From: Clostridia bacterium
Lineage (GTDB): Bacteria > Bacillota > Clostridia > TANB77 > RGIG9151
Length of the DNA stretch: 32,000 nt
NCBI GenBank assembly: GCA_017934955.1
Contig: JAGBIO010000005.1
Coordinates: 39,642 to 71,641, forward strand
Reading direction: 5' to 3'
The notes beneath the pieces were generated by a model, which saw nothing but the letters and a program-made list of their open reading frames with translations, had not been told where the DNA came from and did not search any database. Both the position numbers and the translations under genes were made by a program. Positions within the stretch are counted from its first letter, which is position 1. Every line of letters begins with the position of its first letter. This document shows, piece after piece, positions 16,312 to 23,840 of this stretch.

Positions 16312-16366
16312 GCTATTACCTCCTCCGTGAGATAAATCTGCATCCATACAGGTTACTATATTTTAT

Positions 16367-16394
16367 ATATCGTCATTTTGTTACGTTAACTTTA
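16367..16394 (-). promoter_or_regulatory. Sigma-28 (SigD/FliA)-type promoter of the flagellin gene
   Basis: The minus strand reads TAAA-N16-GACGATAT, against the consensus TAAA-N15-GCCGATAT. Confidence 0.65.
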
Positions 16395-16448
16395 GCGAAA
16401 TAAGGAAAAATGATAGGGGAGGAAATAATATTATTATTTAACAAAAAT

Positions 16449-16468
16449 GGACAGCATGAATGCTGTCC
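16449..16468. repeat. Single hairpin copy (GGACAGCATGAATGCTGTCC). On the minus strand it is followed by ATTTTTGTT.
   Basis: Read directly. It lies 30 nt downstream of the mini-flagellin stop codon on the minus strand, so it is shaped like an intrinsic terminator. Confidence 0.85.
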
Positions 16469-16497
16469 GTACGGTTCTATGAAACGATATTTTTATA

Positions 16498-16815
16498 TTA
16501 AAAATCCAATAAATTTGCAACATCGGTTGCGTTAGAATTTGCCTGGGAGAGAAGTGCGGTTCCGGATTTATGCAACATTGCTTGTTTCGTGATATTTAAA
16601 TATTCTCTTGCCATATCGACATCAGTGATTTTTGATTCGGCTGCTTCTGTGTTACTAAGTGCCAAATCTTCGGTATTGATTTCCGGATCGATAAGAGCTT
16701 CTTCGGAGGTTAAATTAACTCCGGAAGCAATTTTTTTCGCAGAAGTTTCAATGTTTTTCTGACTTGTTTTAATTGAATTTAATGCACTTTGATATAAGTT
16801 TGATGTAATTTTCAT
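16498..16815 (-). CDS. Mini-flagellin: 105-aa protein with only flagellin N-terminal and C-terminal D0-like segments
   Basis: MKITSNLYQSALNS..KKIASGVNLTSEEA aligns with the flagellin N-terminus. AESKITDVDMAREYLNITKQAMLHKSGTALLSQANSN..LLDF aligns with the flagellin C-terminus. GGAGG RBS and its own sigma-28 promoter. Confidence 0.75.
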   Translation of the reverse strand: MKITSNLYQSALNSIKTSQKNIETSAKKIASGVNLTSEEALIDPEINTEDLALSNTEAAESKITDVDMAREYLNITKQAMLHKSGTALLSQANSNATDVANLLDF

Positions 16816-16864
16816 AATAGCCTCCGATTTCTTACAGTTTTAATATTAACATATTCCAATATTA

Positions 16865-16892
16865 ATATCGGCAGAAGTAACAAATAAATTTA
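16865..16892 (-). promoter_or_regulatory. Sigma-28-type promoter of the mini-flagellin gene
   Basis: The minus strand reads TAAA-N16-GCCGATAT, a perfect -10 octamer. Confidence 0.7.
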
Positions 16893-16938
16893 GTGTTTTT
16901 TTGTATTTTTTCGAAAATTTTTTTCATCGGGGGACGTT

Positions 16939-16998
16939 GGACAGCATGAATGCTGTCCACAGAATAGGCAGAAAAGCAGGACAGCATAAATGCTGTCC
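16939..16998. repeat. Direct doublet of hairpins (16939-16958 loop GA; 16979-16998 loop AA) with spacer ACAGAATAGGCAGAAAAGCA
   Basis: Read directly. Confidence 0.9.
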
Positions 16999-17083
16999 GT
17001 ACATCATTATAAGCAAATATGTCTGCCTTGTAATTTCTCGATGCAAAATTTTTGAAAAAATACTGTGCAAATCTCAAAAAATT

Positions 17084-17092
17084 TGATACAAT
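17084..17092 (+). promoter_or_regulatory. Candidate extended -10 promoter for pyk (TGATACAAT)
   Basis: TGnTACAAT lies 33 nt upstream of ATG 17125. The -35 is weak. Confidence 0.3.
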
Positions 17093-17124
17093 ATAGCGAA
17101 ATAGATGATGATGGAGGGAATTTT

Positions 17125-18561
17125 ATGAGAAAGACGAAGATTATTTGCACGTTGGGGCCGGCGGTGGATAGCGATGAGATGATCCGGAAGATGATGATAA
17201 ATGGGATGGATTGTGCGAGAATGAATTTTTCACATGGGACGCATGAGGAACATTTAGCTCGTATTGAGCGTGTGAAGAGGGTTCGTAAGGAGTTGAATCG
17301 TAATATTCCGATTTTATTGGATACGAAGGGACCGGAAATTCGAGTAAAGGATTTTGAAAAATCTTCGGTAGAGTTGACGGCAGGACAGACGTTTGTTTTT
17401 TATGCGAAGGAACGTCTTGGGGATGAGAGTGGCGTTTCGGTGACGTATCCGCATTTGGCGGAGTCTGTTTCGAAAGGGACGACAATTTTAATTGATGACG
17501 GAAAAGTGGCGGTTGAGGTAACCGAGCTTGACGGAGAAAATGTGGTTTGTAAGGTGATTAACGGCGGAAAAATCAGCAATCACAAGAGTATTAATATTCC
17601 GAATGTGAGAGTGGATATGCCGTACCTTAGTGAGACGGATAAAAGTGATATTTTGTTTGGTATTGAAAATGATATTGATTTTATTGCGGCTTCTTTTGTT
17701 AGAACGGCGAGTGATATTTTAGAGCTTCGTAAGCTGTTGAAGGATAATGGCGGAGAGGCGATTAAGATTATTGCGAAGATTGAAAACGGGGAAGGCGTGG
17801 ATCATCTTGATGAAATTATTGAAGTGAGCGACGGCGTTATGGTGGCGAGAGGAGACATGGGAGTGGAGCTTCCGTTTACGATGTTGCCGAAAATTCAAAA
17901 GGATATGATTAAAAAGTGTTACAGAGCCGGAAAGCATGTGGTTACTGCGACGCAAATGTTGGAATCTATGACACATTCTCCGCGACCGACCAGAGCGGAA
18001 GTTTCGGATGTGGCGAATGCGATTTATGATGGCACGACAGCGATTATGTTATCGGGGGAATCGGCTGCGGGAGATTATCCTGTGGAGAGTGTGAGGACGA
18101 TGGCAGAGATTGCGGAGAGTACGGAGCAGTCGATTCGGTATCCTGTGAGATATGAGAGAAATAAATTGGATTTGGGGCATGATATTTTAAATGCAATCAG
18201 TAATTCGGCTTGTGGCGCTTCTTATCGATTAAATGCGAAGGCGATTGTGGCGTTGAGTCGTACCGGAAGAACGGCGAAGCAGCTTTCGAATTATCGTCCG
18301 TCTTGTCCGATTTTGGCGGCGGTATTGGATGAGAAGGCGTGCAGACAGTTGAGTCTTGCTTGGAATGTGAAGCCGATTTTATCGCAGGAGAAGCATTCTA
18401 CGGATGATTTATTGCAACAGGGAATTTGCGTTGCGGTGAGAGAGGGGATTGCGGCTGTCGGAGATACGATCGTGTTGACTTGTAGCGCGGCGATTGGTGA
18501 TCCGAATACCGATTTGATGAAGGTACATGTGATTTCGGAGGAAGATTTGATAGAGGAGTAA
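17125..18561 (+). CDS. pyk: Pyruvate kinase
   Basis: MRKTKIICTLGPA start, MNFSHG, ARGDMGVE and MLSGESA motifs. The start was set at ATG 17125, behind GGAGGG. Confidence 0.9.
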   Translation: MRKTKIICTLGPAVDSDEMIRKMMINGMDCARMNFSHGTHEEHLARIERVKRVRKELNRNIPILLDTKGPEIRVKDFEKSSVELTAGQTFVFYAKERLGDESGVSVTYPHLAESVSKGTTILIDDGKVAVEVTELDGENVVCKVINGGKISNHKSINIPNVRVDMPYLSETDKSDILFGIENDIDFIAASFVRTASDILELRKLLKDNGGEAIKIIAKIENGEGVDHLDEIIEVSDGVMVARGDMGVELPFTMLPKIQKDMIKKCYRAGKHVVTATQMLESMTHSPRPTRAEVSDVANAIYDGTTAIMLSGESAAGDYPVESVRTMAEIAESTEQSIRYPVRYERNKLDLGHDILNAISNSACGASYRLNAKAIVALSRTGRTAKQLSNYRPSCPILAAVLDEKACRQLSLAWNVKPILSQEKHSTDDLLQQGICVAVREGIAAVGDTIVLTCSAAIGDPNTDLMKVHVISEEDLIEE

Positions 18562-18578
18562 TATAACATTTATTTGGG

Positions 18579-18610
18579 AAAAATAGCAATAATACTTGCT
18601 ATTTTTTCCT
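18579..18610 (+). terminator. Intrinsic terminator of pyk
   Basis: AAAAATAGCAA-TAATAC-TTGCTATTTTT followed by TCC. Confidence 0.7.
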
Positions 18611-18659
18611 TTTTGCTGTATTATATATGAGGTAAAAAAGTGTATAGGAGGATTTTATT

Positions 18660-19217
18660 ATGGTAATGGCAGGAGATTTTAGAAATGGAACTACTTTTGA
18701 ATTAGACGGACAGGTTTATAAAGTTGTGGAATTCCAACACGTTAAGCCGGGAAAGGGTGCGGCTTTTGTTCGTACGAAGTTGAAGAATGTTATGAACGGT
18801 TCGGTTTTGGAAAGAACTTTTAACCCTTCGGAAAAATACGAAAATGCACAAGTAGAAAGAAGAGAAATGCAGTATCTTTACGAGGACAGCGGGTTATACT
18901 ATTTTATGGATACCGAGTCTTATGAACAAGAACCTTTAAATAAAGAACAACTTGGGGATGCATTACAATTTGTAAAAGAGAATATGAATGTAAAAGTATT
19001 ATCTTATAAAGGAAATGTTTTCGGTGTTGAACCGCCTACATTTGTAGAGCTTGAAATTACGGAAACGGAACCGGGCTTTAAGGGAGATACTGCGACAGGT
19101 GCTACTAAGCCGGCGATTGTGGAAACGGGTGCTAAGGTTTTGGTTCCTTTGTTTGTAAACCAAGGTGATGTGATTCGTATTGATACAAGAACGGGAGAAT
19201 ACATGGAAAGAGTATAA
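18660..19217 (+). CDS. efp: Elongation factor P
   Basis: [24 protein letters not shown] and ETGA.V.VP.F motifs. 185 aa. Confidence 0.95.
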   Translation: MVMAGDFRNGTTFELDGQVYKVVEFQHVKPGKGAAFVRTKLKNVMNGSVLERTFNPSEKYENAQVERREMQYLYEDSGLYYFMDTESYEQEPLNKEQLGDALQFVKENMNVKVLSYKGNVFGVEPPTFVELEITETEPGFKGDTATGATKPAIVETGAKVLVPLFVNQGDVIRIDTRTGEYMERV

Positions 19218-19237
19218 AATTTACAGGAGGTGCTTGC

Positions 19238-19642
19238 ATGAATAAAAGAACAGAGAATATAAAGCGTTTGATTCAGGAGGAAGGCAACCAGTTAAATGTG
19301 ATTTCGGAATTGGTTGATTTATTGGAAGAGATGGAGGATGAAATCGATTCTCTTCAAAAGAAATGCGGAGCTCTTGAGAATGAAGTTGATGCGATTAATG
19401 AGGATCTTAGCTTGATTTCGGATGGAATGCATATTGAAGAATTTGATTCGATTGTCGAGGCTGTCTGTCCGTATTGTCAAGAGAATATCGAGATTGATTT
19501 GGATAATTTAGAGAGTGAAGATGAATTTAAGTGCCCGCACTGCGGTAAAGAAATTACGTTAGAGTGGGATGAATGTGAATGTTGCGATCATGATCACGAT
19601 TGCGATTGTGATGATTGCGACGACGATGAGGATGAGGAATAA
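19238..19642 (+). CDS. Acidic coiled-coil / zinc-ribbon protein with Cys-His-Asp-rich tail (resembles the CD1247 N-terminal domain family, recalled from memory)
   Basis: CPYC..N17..CPHCG zinc ribbon, then CECCDHDHDCDCDDCDDDEDEE. AGGAGG RBS. Immediately downstream of efp. Confidence 0.6.
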   Translation: MNKRTENIKRLIQEEGNQLNVISELVDLLEEMEDEIDSLQKKCGALENEVDAINEDLSLISDGMHIEEFDSIVEAVCPYCQENIEIDLDNLESEDEFKCPHCGKEITLEWDECECCDHDHDCDCDDCDDDEDEE

Positions 19643-19651
19643 AATTAATGA

Positions 19652-19696
19652 AAGATAAAGAATTAATGGAGATTTCCTTATTCTTTATCTTTTTTA
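19652..19696 (+). terminator. Intrinsic terminator
   Basis: AAGATAAAGAAT-N16-ATTCTTTATCTT followed by TTTTT. Confidence 0.8.
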
Positions 19697-19718
19697 TTTT
19701 GTTATATATTTGAAAGAC

Positions 19719-19802
19719 GGGACGTCGAGGACGCCGTCCCCTACGAAATAAAAGAGGGGATTATATTTGAAAAGCGGGACGTCGAGGACGCCGTCCCCTA
19801 CG
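19719..19802. repeat. Two tandem copies (57-bp period) of a GC-rich hairpin variant, GGGACGTCGAGGACGCCGTCCCCTACG
   Basis: Copies at 19719-19745 and 19776-19802, each preceded by ATATTTGAAA[G/A][A/G]C. The outer GGGAC...GTCCCCTAC matches the flanks of the main family. Confidence 0.8.
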
Positions 19803-19873
19803 GTTTGCGATATTGCGGATTTTAGCAATTTATTTTGTTGGGGAATATACTGTAAGAAAGGAGTGAAAGTAAA

Positions 19874-21049
19874 ATGGAAAGAAATGTGTATTTAGATCAT
19901 GCGGCTACTACTTATGTGAAAAAAGAGGTTTTGGAGGAAATGATGCCTTATTTTACGCAGAGTTTCGGAAATCCTTCTTCGATATATAAGTTGGGGCAGG
20001 AAAATAGAAAGGCAGTGGATTTGGCGAAGGAACGAATTGCGAAGGCGATTGGTGCGACGCCGAGTGAAATTTACTTTACGGCAGGCGGTTGTGAGGCGGA
20101 TAACTGGGTTATCAAAGGGATTGCATCTGCAAATCAAAAGAAGGGAAATCATATTATTACGACTTCGATTGAGCATCCGGCGATTATGAATTCTTGTAAA
20201 TATTTAGAGAAGCACGGCTTTGAGGTGACGTATCTTGGGGTGGACGAGGATGGAAAAGTGCGTTTGGATGAATTGAAAAGTGCGATAAAGGATACTACGA
20301 TTTTGATTTCTGTGATGTTTGCGAATAACGAAATCGGGACAATTCAACCGATTGCGGAGATCGCGAAGTTGGCGAAGGAAAAAGGTATCTATTTCCATAC
20401 TGATGCGGTTCAAGCGGTTGGTAACTTGCGAATTGATGTGGCAAAGATAGGTGTGGATATGTTGTCGATGGCGGGACATAAGTTTTATGGTCCGAAGGGT
20501 ATTGGTGCTTTATATATTAAGAAGGGTACCAGAATCGATAATTTAATTCATGGTGGTGGCCAAGAGCAAGGGAAACGTGCCGGTACTGAGAATGTTCCTG
20601 CGATTGTGGGAATGGGTAAGGCGATTGAGTTGGCTTATAAGGATTTCGATCAGCATAATGAAAGAATTATTGCATTAAGGGAGAAGTTAATTAACGGTGT
20701 TATGGAGAGAATCCCGTATGTGAAGTTGAACGGACATCGTACCGATCGGTTGCCGGGAAATGTGAATTTTTCCTTCCGCTTTATCGAGGGCGAGTCTTTA
20801 TTATTGATGCTGAATATGAAAGGAATTTCAGGTTCCAGCGGTTCGGCTTGCAGCTCGGGTTCGTTAGATCCGTCGCATGTACTTTTGGCAATCGGATTGG
20901 ATCATGCTACGGCGCATGGTTCGCTGAGATTGACAATTGGAGATGAAAATACCGAGGAAGATATTGATTATGTATTGGAAGTACTTCCGACGATTGTGGC
21001 GCGTTTAAGAGAAATGTCGCCGTTAAAGCCTATGAAGGAGGATAAATAG
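19874..21049 (+). CDS. nifS: Cysteine desulfurase (NifS/IscS class)
   Basis: PLP lysine context SMAGHKFYGPKG. Active-site loop SSGSACSSG. 391 aa. Confidence 0.9.
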   Translation: MERNVYLDHAATTYVKKEVLEEMMPYFTQSFGNPSSIYKLGQENRKAVDLAKERIAKAIGATPSEIYFTAGGCEADNWVIKGIASANQKKGNHIITTSIEHPAIMNSCKYLEKHGFEVTYLGVDEDGKVRLDELKSAIKDTTILISVMFANNEIGTIQPIAEIAKLAKEKGIYFHTDAVQAVGNLRIDVAKIGVDMLSMAGHKFYGPKGIGALYIKKGTRIDNLIHGGGQEQGKRAGTENVPAIVGMGKAIELAYKDFDQHNERIIALREKLINGVMERIPYVKLNGHRTDRLPGNVNFSFRFIEGESLLLMLNMKGISGSSGSACSSGSLDPSHVLLAIGLDHATAHGSLRLTIGDENTEEDIDYVLEVLPTIVARLREMSPLKPMKEDK

Positions 21050-21051
21050 TT

Positions 21052-21483
21052 ATGATGTATTCTGAAAAAGTATTAGATCATTTCTCCAACCCAAGAAACG
21101 TTGGAGAAATATCGGATGCCAATGGTATTGGAGAGGTTGGAAATCCGAAGTGTGGAGATATTATGAAGATTTATTTGAAAATTGAAAATGATATTATCCA
21201 AGATGTAAAGTTTCAAACATTTGGTTGCGGTGCAGCTGTTGCGACAAGCAGTATGGCGACGGAATTGATTAAGGGTAAGACGATTCAAGAGGCAATGCAG
21301 CTTACCAATAAAGCGGTTGTAGAAGCGTTGGACGGGCTTCCTCCGGTGAAATTGCATTGTTCCGTGTTGGCGGAAGAGGCTGTGAAGGAAGCGATTAATA
21401 ATTATTTGAAGGAAAACGGACGAGCTTCGGAAGCAGTAGAAATTTGTGGCGGATGTTGTCATAGTTGCGATAAGCATGAGTAG
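21052..21483 (+). CDS. nifU: Fe-S cluster scaffold (NifU/IscU N-terminal type) with Cys-rich C-terminal tail
   Basis: GNPKCGD, FGCGAA and LHCS cluster ligands. Tail CGGCCHSCDKHE. Confidence 0.85.
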   Translation: MMYSEKVLDHFSNPRNVGEISDANGIGEVGNPKCGDIMKIYLKIENDIIQDVKFQTFGCGAAVATSSMATELIKGKTIQEAMQLTNKAVVEALDGLPPVKLHCSVLAEEAVKEAINNYLKENGRASEAVEICGGCCHSCDKHE

Positions 21484-21696
21484 CGAGAAGGCGGGGAGGA
21501 ATCCTCGTCTTTTCTATTGTAAATCAAAGGACTTTGCTTGCAGAGCAACAAGGTTTCGGAAAATCCGATTGTAGTCTATGATTGCGTTGATGGGTTAGGT
21601 CCTTATTTGTAGATTTACGTTTTTGTTATAATCTTGAGTTGAAATTTGCTTTTGGGAAGAATATATTGTATAATAAAAATGTAGGGAGGAAATAGA

Positions 21697-21963
21697 ATGC
21701 CGGAGTTGTGTAGATTTTACAATATAATTATAAAAATGTTATTTTCGGATAATATTAAACATAATAAACCACATATCCATGTATTTTATAATGAATATGA
21801 GGCGTCAATTGGTTTGGATGGTGAGTTACTGGCAGGAAGCATTCCCGTAGCTCAATTAAAACTTGTTCAAGCGTGGATTGTTTTGCATGAAGAGGAATTA
21901 TATTCTGCATGGAATAATGCTGTTAGAAATATACCGTTTAATAAAATAGAGCCATTAAGATAA
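21697..21963 (+). CDS. DUF4160-like small protein
   Basis: The pattern F..I.I.M...D...H..PH.HV.Y.EYEA.I......L.G.....Q..LV..W...H..EL...W matches my recollection of DUF4160. GGGAGG RBS. AT-rich islet. Confidence 0.6.
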   Translation: MPELCRFYNIIIKMLFSDNIKHNKPHIHVFYNEYEASIGLDGELLAGSIPVAQLKLVQAWIVLHEEELYSAWNNAVRNIPFNKIEPLR

Positions 21964-21975
21964 GGAGGGAATTCG

Positions 21976-22275
21976 ATGTATATCGTTGATGGAATTGCTT
22001 ATGCCGGAGAGCAAACACCGGAAATTAAAGTAAAGTCAGTAAGAGCGTTATCAGATTATAAGCTTTGGGTTAGATTTAGCGATAATTCCCAAAAAATATT
22101 TGATTTTAAGAATCTTTTGGAATTTCCTTGTTATCAGCCATTAAAAGATAATGATTTATTTAATAGTGTATATGTAGATTTTGGAATTGTTGTTTGGAAT
22201 AATGGAGAAATAGATGTTTCTCCTGAAAAGCTCTATGCAGAAGGTGTTCCGGTAGAGGATGAACTTACTGCTTAG
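21976..22275 (+). CDS. DUF2442-like small protein
   Basis: V.SV.ALSDYKLWVRFSDN..K.FDFK.LL....YQPL.D..LF..V.VD.G.VVWNNGE.D.SPE.LY matches my recollection of DUF2442. AGGAGGG RBS 12 nt after the upstream stop codon. Confidence 0.6.
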   Translation: MYIVDGIAYAGEQTPEIKVKSVRALSDYKLWVRFSDNSQKIFDFKNLLEFPCYQPLKDNDLFNSVYVDFGIVVWNNGEIDVSPEKLYAEGVPVEDELTA

Positions 22276-22353
22276 CTATTTTGTGATAGGGTAAGAGGAA
22301 TGATGTTCTGAGAAGAATGATTTTAGAACATCATTTTTTCTGTTTAAATTTTG

Positions 22354-22523
22354 GTTACCAATCAGACTTAATAATTTTCTATATGGCCGAAATGTTCTGT
22401 ATTCCTTTGTAGGGACACAATTCATTGTGTCCTAATTCTACTGTCTGCCTATTCTGCGGACACAATAAATTGTGTCCCTACAGTATTTCTGGCTTCACTA
22501 TAAGTTTGAGTCTGAATTGTAAC
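22354..22523. mobile_element. MITE copy B (170 bp): TIRs GTTACCAATCAGACT / AGTCTGAATTGTAAC, internal inverted doublet of CACAAT-type hairpins (22413-22432, 22458-22477), 8-bp TSD AAATTTTG (22346-22353 and 22524-22531)
   Basis: TIRs, TSD and arm similarity to copy A were read directly. Confidence 0.8.
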
Positions 22524-22552
22524 AAATTTTGAAATTTTGTTGGAAAAATGTA

Positions 22553-22581
22553 TTGACTTTTTATGCGGATGGTGGTATTTT
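22553..22581 (+). promoter_or_regulatory. Sigma-A promoter of the hrcA operon (TTGACT-N17-TATTTT)
   Basis: Hexamers at 22553-22558 and 22576-22581, placed just upstream of CIRCE as in other hrcA operons. Confidence 0.55.
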
Positions 22582-22592
22582 ATATCTTGAAA

Positions 22593-22619
22593 TTAGCAGT
22601 CGGGTTTTGAGAGTGCTAA
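22593..22619 (+). promoter_or_regulatory. CIRCE operator (HrcA binding site)
   Basis: TTAGCAGTC-GGGTTTTGA-GAGTGCTAA against the consensus TTAGCACTC-N9-GAGTGCTAA, with one mismatch. Confidence 0.9.
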
Positions 22620-22638
22620 TTTGAGAGGAAGATAAAAA

Positions 22639-23325
22639 ATGATTCTTGATAATAGGAAAGAACGAATTTTGCAAGCAATTGTGGATTACTATGTAAATCG
22701 TGCAGAGCCTATTGCCTCGAAAATCATCGCAGATGTTTATGGATTGGATTTAAGTTCCGCGACGATTCGGAATGAGATGGCCGAAATGGAGGGAATGGGA
22801 TTAATTGAAAAGCCTCATACTTCTGCAGGAAGAATTCCGTCAGATTTGGGATATCGGTATTATGTGGATTCTTTGATGGAGGAACATGTGTCGGAGGAGG
22901 AGCAGGAGAATGTGAAGCGACTTTTGGAGGAGAGTCAGAAAGATATCCTTCAGAAGATTTCGATGGCGTTGTCCGGTGCGACACATTATACGACGATTGC
23001 ATTTGACGATGATGGAATTGTGTTATATGGTAGAAACAATGTGTTTGATTTTCCGGAATTTAACGATGTGGATAGTTTGCGGAAGTTTATGTATTTGTTG
23101 GAGGAGGAAGAGATGATAAAGGATTTCTTCCAAAAGATTCATAATTCCGATATTACGGTGACCATCGGAAAGGAAAATCAATTTGAACAAATGAGAGATT
23201 ACAGTTTAGTGACGTTTTCTTATCATGATTTAGGAGATATAGCGATAATCGGACCGAAACGAATGGATTACAGTAAGGTTATCGGGTATATAAAATATTT
23301 ACTGGAACAGGAAAGAGGAGGTTAA
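22639..23325 (+). CDS. hrcA: Heat-inducible repressor HrcA, unusually short (228 aa)
   Basis: N-terminal wHTH (R.ILQAIV..Y....EPI.S..I......LSSATIRNEMAE.E..GLIEKPHTSAGRIP). C-terminal IAIIGPKRMDYSKVI. The middle region is shorter than the roughly 340 aa I recall as typical. Confidence 0.85.
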   Translation: MILDNRKERILQAIVDYYVNRAEPIASKIIADVYGLDLSSATIRNEMAEMEGMGLIEKPHTSAGRIPSDLGYRYYVDSLMEEHVSEEEQENVKRLLEESQKDILQKISMALSGATHYTTIAFDDDGIVLYGRNNVFDFPEFNDVDSLRKFMYLLEEEEMIKDFFQKIHNSDITVTIGKENQFEQMRDYSLVTFSYHDLGDIAIIGPKRMDYSKVIGYIKYLLEQERGG

Positions 23326-23328
23326 CAA

Positions 23329-23820
23329 ATGGGAGATACAGAGGAAAATGTTGCTTTGGAGAATGAAATTGCAACAGAAGAGAAAGCTACAAATGCTGCA
23401 GCGGATGAGTATTTCGCTCAATTACAGCGTGTGATGGCTGATTTCGATAATTATCGTAAGAGGGTGACGAAGGAAAAAGAAGGGCTTTATACGATTATTT
23501 CTGCAGAACTGATTACAGAGTTTTTACCGGTTTTGGACACTTTGGAAAAGAGTGTGGCGATGGAGATAAAGGATGACTCGGCGAAGGCATGGCACGATGG
23601 TGTTGTGATGGTTTGCAATCAGTTTGAGGAAGTTTTAAAGAAGCTTGGGGCAGAAGAAATTAAGGCGGTCGGTGAGAAGTTTGATCCGAATTTGCATGAT
23701 GCGGTTATGCATGTGGAAGATGATACATTAGAGGAAAATACCATTACAAAGGTATTAAAGAAGGGTTATAAGTTAAAGGACAGAATCATACGGCATAGTA
23801 TGGTTGTTGTGGCGAATTAA
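23329..23820 (+). CDS. grpE: Nucleotide exchange factor GrpE
   Basis: R..ADFDNYRKR motif, FDPNLH.AV, and its position between hrcA and dnaK. Confidence 0.9.
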   Translation: MGDTEENVALENEIATEEKATNAAADEYFAQLQRVMADFDNYRKRVTKEKEGLYTIISAELITEFLPVLDTLEKSVAMEIKDDSAKAWHDGVVMVCNQFEEVLKKLGAEEIKAVGEKFDPNLHDAVMHVEDDTLEENTITKVLKKGYKLKDRIIRHSMVVVAN

Positions 23821-23840
23821 AGTTGAGGCATGTTTGAGGT

